From NCBI GenBank assembly GCA_023231475.1, contig JALJEE010000226.1, forward strand, positions 1 to 64,000: DNA of 64,000 bases, in the 5' to 3' direction. Both the position numbers and the translations under genes were made by a program. Below, in pieces: positions 40,872-52,126 of the stretch. Within the stretch, counting starts at the first letter, position 1, and each line of letters begins with the position of its first letter. Origin of the DNA: Seison nebaliae. Taxonomy: Eukaryota. The notes below the pieces were generated by a model. That model did not search any database, was not told the DNA's origin, and worked only from the letters and a program-made list of their open reading frames with translations.

Positions 40872-42172
40872 TCATTGTATCCCGTTAGTTGAGTATTGGA
40901 ATTGATCGTATAATTTGGTGGTGAAGGAATAAAGAGAATCTTCTATCAACTTCTCCACTGTTATTTGCAACTGATCATCAGTGGCACCTTTATGGAATCG
41001 TTGTTCTAATGCAATTAATGCTTGACGTGCTTGACTAGGTCCCCGACTGAAACATGGCAAAGATGGTGTAGATAGAAGGCGAAGAGAACTATTTAAGGCG
41101 GATGTCGAATAAAAATCGAGATGAGAAGAACTTAATAGTTCAGTGTGGTCGGTTGCCGCATGGCAATTGGTATTGACATGATTAGTAATTGGTGATCGAT
41201 AATCTTCATCAATTATCAGATAAACGATATCCACCAAATTCTTCAACGTCTCCCAATGCTTCCGTGCTGATACTAATGCTTTGAATATTAATTCTTTGTA
41301 GAGTCGATACATGTCACTTTTGACACCACCCATAATCTCCACGAATTCCGTCGTCAATTTAAAAGGCGATTTTTCAAATCCCAAATTTTTGGGACTAGAT
41401 GATAACATATATCCGAAATCAATATGGATAATATGTCCGTTCTCGTCTAATAAAATATTTCCGTTATGACGATCTTTCACTTGGAGGAGATATGTGAGAA
41501 CGGAATAACCGGCACACGATTTAACGAAATTGATTTGTGCTTCATGAAATGTAGATTCATTGGGATTACCGAAATGAGATAAGAAATAATCATATAAATT
41601 CATCTGGTAATGTTTATGGATTTGATGGAGAGAAATAGTATTAAGAATTGGCTCGATCATTCCACAATTGTGAGTAATGATAAGAATTCGATAAGGTCGA
41701 ACATAAACGTCCACATCCTCCGCCTTCCAAATATCCAACAGACGTTGAGAGAGTTGATGGGCAAGATATTCTTGACGCAAATCATCACCACATTTAACGA
41801 TGGCAGCTAACAATTTCCACGATTCCAAGCCACCATATGGCGAAGATGCTCTGATACGTTTCTCTTTCAAATTGAATGGTTCTCGTAAAGCGAAGGCTGA
41901 TGGATCGTTCGGATCGGATTTGATATTGGGAGCTCGTCTTTTCAAGTCTTCTGGTTTCTGTTGAATAATCACATTTCTTAATTTCTCTGAATTATTCTCA
42001 TTTAACTTCCTGTCTTCTTCCAATCCTTTTGTATGAATGATTTTAATGGAATTCTTCTCATTTTTCTTTTCATCCAATTTCAAATTATTTTCTTCATTTT
42101 TTATCATTTCCTTATCATTATCATCATTATGATTATTATTAATATTATTATTATTATTATTATTATTATTTA

Positions 42173-42211
<39 letters not shown>

Positions 42212-44561
42212 CATAATTATCATAATTATTATTATTATTATTATTAAGTTTTACGGTTTTTTGATGGTGATGAATATTGTAGAATGAGGAGGAAGAAGAG
42301 AAATTGAAATTATTCATCGTATGATTCAGATGATCGTTCATCTCTGACGAATTATCTGATGACGATTGTGTTATTGAATATTGGATATTATTTAACGGAA
42401 ATTGGAGAATGTTGTGCGAATCGTTATGATTCAACGATGTTATCGGTAATGACGAAACCGATTGACATTCCGATGAAAACTTCAAACTGTTATGATCCGA
42501 TAAATTATCCATCAAACGATTCCGCACATCCTTCGCCGACGTATATGAAGGATCGTTGACGATTGTGGAAATTGTCTGAATGTTGTTGGATGACAAGTGA
42601 TGATTCATTGAATGATCTTTCTCCAACATCTTTAAACTTTGTCTTTCCGCCGTTGCACTGACAGCGAAGGATTTCATGGAAATCGAATCCGCTTCAAATT
42701 TCTTCTGTTGATAATTCTTCTCTGACAATCGAGGAGGTAATGACGAATAATTCGAACAATCATCACACTCCACCACCTCCACATAAATGATGAACGGTGC
42801 CTTATCCTTCGAATTGAGTACAGCCGATGCATCATGAGCAATTCGAACTATATGATGATTATTCGAGTAGAGTGGGAGCCAAACTCTTGCTGGTAAATTC
42901 CAATTGATTCTCTCTAATTTAGCCACTAATTTCTGATTCTTTTCTTCTTTCGACATCGTCGATGGCAATTGTTGTAATTCAAATCCGATATCCAACAACG
43001 ATTGAACGAACTGAATTTCTGGTGCTAATTTCGAAGATTGACATTCACATCGTTCCAAATCCATTCCTGATAATATGACAGAAGAGGAACCCATAGAATG
43101 TAATGAGATATGTGATGTGGTCAAATCAGGTGACTGTCTCCGATAACAAGGACAACCATTATCGAATGCAGCACCTTTATCCAATTCTCCAAGAAATGTC
43201 GCCAATCTTTTTTTTCTTCTTTCGATTAAACGATCAGTAAATGTTGAATCAAATAATTGTTGTTCTTCTTCCAATTCGTGAAATCGATTCATTTTATTCT
43301 CCAAATCATTCGAATCATCACTACTATTCATCTCATCATTCGAATCATCATTTCTATTTAATTTATCAATTTTATCCATTTGAAAATCATAATTTGATTT
43401 CATATGATTGGGTTGATTCGAATTCCTCAAATATTTCACAAAATCATCTTCGTACAATTTCTCGTGTAACATCATCAAACGAAGACATAACGATAATTGA
43501 AAATGATGAACATTTTGACAATAAAATATATCCGTCGTCGTTCTCGTCAACGAATCCACCATCGGATAATAACAATGATAATTCGATAGAAATTCTCTCA
43601 ATAAATGATATTTCACGATCTCTTGATGTTCATATGATTCGATTGATGTCTGTTTTTTGTGAGTGACAGATTTATCATTATTCCGATGTCTCGATTTCGA
43701 TTTCGAATTATTCTTACATAATGATTGTGATTGTTGATTCGAATATTGATCAATCGAATATGAATTCATCAACCACAAACATCTTAACGAGAATTCGATG
43801 TCTTGAGAGCACCGGTATACTAGATAAGAATGGAGGATATGTGACATCGATTCCTTCATATATAAAATGATTATTTGTGGTAAATAAAAATTCACTTCGA
43901 AATTATTGAATGAGAATAATCGATTTGCTAAATATAAGTGAACACCACGTTCTTTTGATGTCGTCAAATAATACATCAGAATATGAATGGTGAAACATTC
44001 CGATTCGAATAATCTTAATAATCCCGATTGTCCACAAAGATAATTTTCTCCTTCTTCTTTTTCGTCTTTATCGTCTTTTTTCCCACAAACTCTTCTTTCC
44101 AAATTCTCATTTTGTTTATCAGAAATATTTCTTTTAAAATTTTCTTTTCTTTCCAAATCTTCACAATTTTTCCTTTTACAATTGTCATTTTCCTTTACAC
44201 AATTCTCTTTTTGGAAAATTTCATTTTGTTTTTCAAAATTTTGAGATTTTTTTTTTTCGGATTCTTCACAATTTTTTCTCGGGGAATTTTCACAATTTTT
44301 TCTCGGGGAATTTTCACAATTTTTTTTTAATGAATTTTCACAATTTTGTCTTTGAGAAATTTCAATTTGTTTTTCACAATTCTTCTTTTCGATATTTTCA
44401 TTTTGTTCTTTCTCACAATTTATGTCTTCGATATTCTCGTTTGTTCTCCTTCTCGAATCATCGTCATAAACAAATTGAATTCGATTGAATCCACATTGGA
44501 CATTGGATGGTAGAATGACTTTTGTATTTCTTATTTCATTTTTCCGATCCATATCAATCAT
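40872..44561 (-). CDS. PI4KB: Phosphatidylinositol 4-kinase III beta
   Basis: 1229-aa intronless ORF. LLRLFES, FYLPQ, LPARVWLP, VLNSKDKAP, VKCGDDLRQE, KDRHNGNILLD, IHIDFG, YDQFQYSTNGI. Confidence 0.95.
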
Positions 44562-44686
44562 CGGTCATACTAATCCCGATGACCAAAATTATTCTTCTTT
44601 TTTTAAAAAAATTAAATTACATTTGTTCGCTAATGAATCTTCAAAGCAAATTACATCATTCATTTCCCATACAAAGATTGTCTATA

Positions 44687-44708
44687 TGTGTGTGTGTGTG
44701 TGTTTGTG
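44687..44708. repeat. (TG)n microsatellite upstream of PI4KB
   Basis: tgtgtgtgtgtgtgtgtttgtg. Confidence 0.8.
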
Positions 44709-45383
44709 TATAATATGGGTGTCCAACTCTTTTTTACCTTTTCTCAAAAAATAAATAAGGAGAAGATATGAAATTTTTTTATTTTAATTATGAATGAATT
44801 TTATTAAGACTCTTCTTTTCTGAATTAGATAATAAAATTGAGTGATCCATCTGTTGATTGATTGTTAATAATAATCGTAAAAAAAGTAAATATAATAAAT
44901 TTTATTAATTTATGAAGAAAAAATATTTTCAAAGAGAATATAATTGTCGAATTTTCAGAAAGAAAACATGAAATTTGAATAAATTACCAAAATTATTTTT
45001 TTGAATTTTACGCTAATTTCCCTTCCAAATATCTCTCCTTATTCCAATCAAAAAAAATCAGAAAATTCAAATTTATTTTAATGATTTTGTTGATACAACA
45101 AGAGATTTGTGACATAATTCAATTATTCAACTAATTCATGGAGAGGATGATGAAAATGAGATGAGGAAGATGTACTGTGATGGAGAGAAATAATTAAAAA
45201 CAATTTGGTCTTCAACTTAAAATTTGAAATTACAACAAAATTATTAAAATAAATTTTAAACAGTATTCTCCAAATTCTAAGAGACAACGATTACTATGCA
45301 ACATATAAAAATAAATTATCATATCAAATTTTTTCCTTAATTTTCACTCGTGCTTTCTATCTACGTTCTTTCTTCTCATTCAT

Positions 45384-47389
45384 TCAATGATGAATAGTAG
45401 ATTCGTGAGGCATCGACGTGGTTTCCGTCGTACGGAAAGGATAGAACAACGGATAATAAATTAGATTGAAACATGTAGACGCATATAAATCTGCATATCT
45501 TATCATTTGGGAAGCGAAATGAGTTGGACGATTATATGATCGTAGAAGTGATCCCATTTGTTTTGGATAGCAATTTTCCATTTCCTTCAAAATCTCTTTT
45601 AATCTATTATTCATGTCTTCCATCTCTTTTTGCTGTTCTGTCGTCAATTTACTTGATGAATCACAATGGAGAAATCGATTCGATATTGATTCATTCAATT
45701 CATCATATTCTTTGTACAGTTTCGGATTTGCTTGCCAATATGCTACTTCATCCAACAATTCTGGTATTAAAAGGAATGTCCTCCATCCATGTAACTTCTT
45801 CGATTTTAGTACATCACCAAAAACATGATCTCCAACATATAAAACATCTTTTCCATCTGCTCCCATTCCCTTCACTAAAATATCGACATTTCCTTTCGAA
45901 TACACTTTCCCCGACAATAACGGTCCTTCATGTAATCCAATCTTCAACTTCTTCGTCCCCTAAAAATAGTTTTAGTTCAAACTAATATCAACACAATATG
46001 AACCGTATGAATTTCTCGAAACAATGATGATTTCTCAAAAAATGCTGGTTTCATGGCATCGACGATGATTATATCGAAATATTCCCTCCAATTCTTCTGC
46101 TCACTCGTTAATATATACGACATGATACTATCAGTATAATCATAAGGTGAATTTGTTAAGAGAAATGTCTTTCTCCCATTTTCCCGTAATCTTTTTTGAA
46201 GAGAATTTATGTTTTAAAAAAATTCAAAAACATTTTTAACCGATCTAAATAAATTGCTAATTTTGGTTCCTTGTCTAAAAATTTTTCGATGTTTTTCACC
46301 GTATAATTTTTAATAATTCCCTTCACAAACCAATTTCCTTTCAATTATGAGATATTTTAAAAAATTAACTGCATTATGAACATAGTCGATGGTATGTCGA
46401 ATATCCATACAGATGTCATGATAATAAATTCTCGTATCTTTTCCCTTACATAAAATGAATGTCTCATATCTATTTGCATGAATTATTCAACATGAATAAC
46501 AAACGAAACTTATTCTCATTTCTATTTTGCTTCTCAAAATATTCAATGACGCACGCGACCGCGTAGATTTCTGAATAAAAAATAGAGGCAAATAAATCAT
46601 TAATGAATTCCAACCTGGTAGATGGTATAACGTACTCATGACGAAAATTCGGTCAGGTGTAAAACCGATAAATTGATTTGGATAATAAATTGAAATTTCT
46701 TCACTGAATTAATTCAGACAATTAAACACTTCAAAAATTAATTGGATATATATCGAAACTCGTTTAATTTCCGCAATCCATGGAATGCCATCGTTATATT
46801 TCCGTAAGCATCTGTTTTCAATAAATTTCCATAATCTTTATCTAACCATATACCTCTGAGAAAAAAATAAAACAATTAAAAAATATTTCTCTATTCTTAT
46901 TATATATATCTATATCTTATTCATTCTAATTAAAAATTGAAAAAATTGAAAAATATTTTCGAAAGTTGGAAAGAAAAATTAAAATGTTTCTTAAAATTTT
47001 TTAAAATTGATAAAACGGAGAATGAGAACAATTAACCTGACAGGAAAGTTGTCTTGATAATTGGGATATGTTTCTTTAATAATTTTCGGATATCCATAAG
47101 CCACGACCAAATGATTCATTACTTCATTATATACTAATTGTTCAAAATCAGGAGATTTGTAATCTGAAAATGTTTTTTTTACAAAATTAAAATTTCTTAT
47201 CTTTTAAATGTTGAACGTGCTAATGTATAATCCATATCGAATCCGATAAATTTTAATGATAACATATCCACTGGACGATTAACGAAAATCCTAAAGAGAA
47301 TAAATTTTTAGGATAATTTGGAAAGAAAACCTTTTGATCGGTTCTCGGCGACTCGATTGGTCGCTACCTCTAGTCTCCAAATCACTCAT
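45384..47389 (-). CDS. NT5C2: Cytosolic purine 5'-nucleotidase, 10 exons
   Basis: RIFVNR, GFDMDYTLA, FLLTNS, YFDIIIVDAMKP, LYVGDHVFGDVLKSKK, GWRTFL, RYADLYAS. Nine introns traced. Confidence 0.92.
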
Positions 47390-48698
47390 TTTCGGAATAA
47401 TTAGAAAGAAATTTCTCGAAATTTTATCGAATGACCAAATTGAATTGTCGTTCGGTATTTATGTAATGGCTGTGTATATTTGAAGATGTGAGAACAGATA
47501 ACTCAATACAGATTGTGGACTTTAATGATGTGTGTTCTTTGAAAAGAATTTAATTAAAATCATTTCATTATCTTGACGGAAGATTCTTTACTTTTCTTCT
47601 TTTGATTAATATTTCGACAAATTTTTTTCGTAAATTACAACTCAATCCTTCTGACAGGAATTCATCGAAAGATTTACTACATTCTTTCTCTTGAATTATT
47701 AGCTCGCACCTTTTCTTGATATTTTGATTTCTTTCTCATTTTATACATTTCTTTTCCGAATTTTTACCAATCACAAAATGTTTTATTCAACGTATGTCTT
47801 CACTCTCTGAATGTTTGTGAGAAATTTTGATTAATCAGAATCTTTTATTAATTTCCTTCTCCATCTATACATCTGACAATTTTCAAGGTCTCATTATTTC
47901 CCCCATTCAACTCTTTGCTTTATGTTTTATTTGCACAATAATATATTTATTCCTATTTAATTATTTCTCCATAAACCTAAATACAGTTTCACACTTTATT
48001 GTTTCTCGTCTTCAAATTATTGATTCTCTACTTAAATACCTACTACTCATCGAGTAAGAACTCGATGAATAAGAATTAAGACCCATATTAGAAGAATTGC
48101 TCCATAGATATAATTATCATTTTTCATATTATTCGGAGAAATAATACAAATATTATTTACTCTCACTTTCCATTATCTCTTCTCAATTAAAGTTTTTATT
48201 CACTGTGAAAGTAACTTATGTATATCCTTCGAACATTATGTTTCTATTTGAAAATAAATGGTTAATTAATTACAGTATGATTTCAAATATTTTAAATTCA
48301 CTATAATTATTGTAGAAATCTGATAGTTGCTAGCTCTGGTTATTGTATTTTTAAAAAAATTGAGCTAAAATTTGAAACATTGGTACATTGTTTATTATTA
48401 ACTGTTGTATAATTGTTAATGTTTTCTGGTAACCTAGGAATTTGTTTTCTGATAATAGCAAAATAGAATGAAATAAATCAATTAAAACCGGAAGTCTCAA
48501 CCATAATTGAGTTAGAATTCTAGAAATTTTTGTTCGGGTTTTAGTGAAGAGAAATAAGAAATTTCAGGATTTGAATGAATATGATCATCCTGACAAGTGA
48601 GTTCAATTATAATCTTTCCATATTACTTTTCAGTTGAATTTTTTAATTCACCTTCTTTTCTTCTATTATTCTATTTTGTCTTTCTTTCCCTCTACCCA

Positions 48699-48896
48699 AT
48701 GTACACCTTAACAGAAGATTTATATTCTAAAAGGGAAGTTGAAACATTAGCAGACTTAGAAAACCAAATGAATAAAATTCCTGACCGAAATTTCCTGTGC
48801 AGTAAGTTGAGTATGGAGACTGTGATTAGTTTTACTTTATTCGGCTTTCTAATATCCGTCGGATTAACATTGCTCATACTCACTAAAGTTAAATGA
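48699..48896 (+). CDS. Putative 65-aa tail-anchored microprotein
   Basis: ATG follows a pyrimidine tract; hydrophilic N-terminus and C-terminal TM VISFTLFGFLISVGLTLLILTKVK. Confidence 0.5.
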   Translation: MYTLTEDLYSKREVETLADLENQMNKIPDRNFLCSKLSMETVISFTLFGFLISVGLTLLILTKVK

Positions 48897-49460
48897 ATTG
48901 ACTATGCCTTGAATAAATTGATCTTCTTTTTCATCCTAAACTTATTAAGTCAAAAATAAATCTCGTTACATTACGTAACATTCTGAAAGCCGAGATCTAA
49001 AATGTTTTGTTACATTCCTTCAACATAGAAACAGAACGTCAACTGATATTGATGAAAAATGGAAAATTTTAAGTTTATTTTAAAATTAAGTTCATAAAAA
49101 AAAGTACAATTATCGAATTCGTTAAGTGTTTTGAGTTTCATATTGTTGTTTAAAATCATGGGTACTCTATCATCTCTTATTATCAGTTACTGTTACAAGA
49201 AGTTTTCTTTAGAAGTTTTAGAAATGGATTAGAAAATTTGGAAATAAGAAAATTACCATCAAATTAATATTGTTGATGGAATCCAATACCTTGACCATAG
49301 TGAAATTGTATGAATAAATAAAATTTAAAGTAAACGGGTTGAAAATTTATTTTTTTTTTATTTGGGATTCTGATTTAATTTTTTTGCTGTAACGTTATAA
49401 TTATCATTGTGCACCGTAAGTGCACCAATAATATATCTCCAATAAATACAGACGAAAGAA

Positions 49461-49757
49461 ATGTTTTTCGATGTATATGAACTTCATGATGAAATTATTA
49501 GAGATGACGATCTTTTAACTACTTTGGCGTTAACGAGTCGTCGAGGTCATTTGCATGAAGGTTCCCATGGTATGGCTCAAATGGAGAGAAATCGGGATAT
49601 TGGATTCCTAGACCAAATATATTTCTTGAGACAACTCAAAGAAGCTGCACTATATTGTCTTTATAATTATATTAAGCGATCTATTTTGTTTATTTTGTCG
49701 ATATCGATTGTTTTGATACTAATTTCTTATTTTCTAGAAATAGTTCCATGTATCTAA
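49461..49757 (+). CDS. Putative 98-aa tail-anchored protein
   Basis: Ordinary amino-acid composition; C-terminal TM SILFILSISIVLILISYFL. Confidence 0.55.
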   Translation: MFFDVYELHDEIIRDDDLLTTLALTSRRGHLHEGSHGMAQMERNRDIGFLDQIYFLRQLKEAALYCLYNYIKRSILFILSISIVLILISYFLEIVPCI

Positions 49758-49845
49758 ATACTTTCAACATGAACTGAATGAGATTAAAAATATTTTAATA
49801 AAAAATTTCTTATTCTCAACTTCTTTCATATTTAATAAGGAGAAA

Positions 49846-50166
49846 ATGTTATTAGGAAATGAAATTATTCTCATTTCCAATTTCTTTTATTTAATGAATT
49901 ATTACACCGAATATTCAGAAATCAACAAATGGTGGGGTGTCTCTTCAATGACTTGGGCGACTGGCAGTTTCTTATTAGGTTGCACGTCGGCCTTATTCGT
50001 CTTGAGACGTTTCAGTGAAAAACTTTATTTGACGAATAAGGAAGCACATAAATTAGCTATCGTTACTCGAAATTTACCTACAACAGGACAAAAAATACTT
50101 GGCGCCAAGAAGAAAAAGAGATCGAAATTTATCAGAACGATGAAAAAGAAAAAACCAAAATTTTGA
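49846..50166 (+). CDS. Putative 106-aa single-pass membrane protein with a lysine-rich tail
   Basis: Hydrophobic segment TWATGSFLLGCTSALFVL followed by a basic C-terminus. Confidence 0.5.
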   Translation: MLLGNEIILISNFFYLMNYYTEYSEINKWWGVSSMTWATGSFLLGCTSALFVLRRFSEKLYLTNKEAHKLAIVTRNLPTTGQKILGAKKKKRSKFIRTMKKKKPKF

Positions 50167-50588
50167 AGAAATTATCGATCGGAAATCGATTAAATTATAA
50201 TTATAATTTTACATGTCTCATTATTTCCATCACTTTATTGCCTAATTGATAATTCAGATTTGAAATTTAAATCAATCTTAAATTTATTTCGTGTGAAACT
50301 GATCAGATTTTTTAGTTTCTGTGTAGTAAATAATAATAACGTTATTACAAGTAATGAACTGAATTCGTTGAGAATGGAAGCATTGAGGAATCTTTTCTGG
50401 AATTCATTGGGAAATTAATTTTCTTGAAGTTGGATTGAAAGAATTGATTCAATTGAAATAAAATGGTTTTGTTCTTTATCTTTAGATAGTTCATTAGTTC
50501 TTTGTTTTGTATATTGTAAAAGTTTCAATTTTTTTTCGTTAATTTCCTTTTTCTTTTCTATTTTGTACATGACTATTTTGTAATTGCT

Positions 50589-51173
50589 ATGACAGTAGCC
50601 AAATCAGGCAGAAAAATTGGTCGACCTGTAAAACATGCGAAGAAGATAATGTCCCTCCAACATTGTGATGAGGCAACTCAGAACGATCTTTCATCCATGA
50701 CTTCACTAGAGAATTTGAATTCATTACGAAAGTGTAAATCGGAATCTGATACTATTATCGCTCGATCCGACGATACAACTTTTGTGACGAATTATGATAA
50801 GAAGGATCTTCTCCATTTACAAGACAATTATTCGATTGAATTACCTTGTCGATTATTTAATCAAGAACGTTTCCATGAGAATAAAAAGTATTTGTGTAAA
50901 CAATTTCCTTTAGTTGATAGACCAGATTATTATGAAGATGAAGCGACAGATGGGAAATTATTCGATTTGAAAGAAAATGAAACAGTTAATAAGACGACAA
51001 ATGATACAGCAATCCCAATGACACAAGATGTCGAAGGAAATAACTTAAATTTGAATAACGCGAACGGTGAAGAGGAAACTCATTGTAATTTTACACTTCA
51101 AATAATCTTAACGGTTGTAGCAATCGTAACTCTAATATTTACACTTGTAATCATAATTAAAGTGCGTGATTAA
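50589..51173 (+). CDS. Putative 194-aa tail-anchored protein
   Basis: Long ORF ending FTLQIILTVVAIVTLIFTLVIIIKVRD. Confidence 0.7.
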   Translation: MTVAKSGRKIGRPVKHAKKIMSLQHCDEATQNDLSSMTSLENLNSLRKCKSESDTIIARSDDTTFVTNYDKKDLLHLQDNYSIELPCRLFNQERFHENKKYLCKQFPLVDRPDYYEDEATDGKLFDLKENETVNKTTNDTAIPMTQDVEGNNLNLNNANGEEETHCNFTLQIILTVVAIVTLIFTLVIIIKVRD

Positions 51174-51274
51174 ATTCACCAAATTGACATTGTAATGAAA
51201 ATTATTGATTTCTTTTTTTCACTTATTCTTTTTCCTCTCTCTCATCTCATTTCTCTTAAATTCTTTCTGAACTG

Positions 51275-51691
51275 ATGGAGCGAAGTTTGTAAATTAGAAT
51301 AAATTAAACTAAACTTGTTTCGCCAGTATCGGAAATCGATGAACACGATGTGATTTCTGTGATGGAGTTGAAACTCCAACAGGAACATCAAAGGAAACGT
51401 GAAATAGGTCAAGGAAATATTATTCTGCTGACACAAGTAGCACAGAAACGTGTTGATGAAATTTTAGACCGTTTAGATGATACGGTTTATCGAGTCTCAA
51501 ATGCTAAAGGCGATCTTGGTCACTTGACGAACAAAGCATCAGCATTGGCTACCAATGCGGTAATTGTAAAAATGGGAGCAAAAGAAATTGAGGAAAAAAC
51601 GAAATGGGAAAGTTTAGGCGTTGCGAGGTGGTTGGGATTAGTCATTCTGATTATTATATTGAGCGTAATAACTATGTCTTTATTACAGTAG
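51275..51691 (+). CDS. Divergent synaptobrevin/VAMP-like SNARE
   Basis: QVAQKRVDEILD...LGHLTNKASAL...AKEIEEKTKW followed by a TM aligns without gaps to the synaptobrevin motif. Candidate first exon 51275-51284 with intron 51285-51326 (GTT..CAG); alternative start ATG 51362. Confidence 0.75.
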
Positions 51692-51792
51692 AATAAAATA
51701 GTCGAATCAGTTTGTTTAGTCCTCTTTAGTTCTTTCTTTTTTTTATTGTGCATGTAAGTTTTTTTATCCTTCCAACTTAAGTATCTATCGGA

Positions 51793-51930
51793 ATGATACG
51801 TGGCAATGAAGGCAATGAACGTCAAAATGGTTGCAAAAGCCACCTATCTGAACAATGGTACATCTATGTAAGTTTAGCACTTGCATCAGTCAGTCTACTT
51901 ATAACCATATTGTTTTTGGTTTTACGATGA
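51793..51930 (+). CDS. Putative 45-aa tail-anchored micropeptide (not in the ORF track)
   Basis: MIRGNEGNERQNGCKSHLSEQWYIYVSLALASVSLLITILFLVLR*; same architecture as its neighbours. Confidence 0.5.
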   Translation: MIRGNEGNERQNGCKSHLSEQWYIYVSLALASVSLLITILFLVLR

Positions 51931-52126
51931 AATGAGTAAACATTTAAAAAAAAACCAAACTTGAAACATTTCTACTCAATCCAAAATTTCAGATGTAGGA
52001 TTATTAAAATTCGTTTATTCATGATGAATTAATTTAATTTTTATTTCATTTGAAATTTATTTACGGAAAAAACTTAAGAATATTTCATTAAAGTCTTATA
52101 AATGTTTTTCATCTTCTCAAACAATA

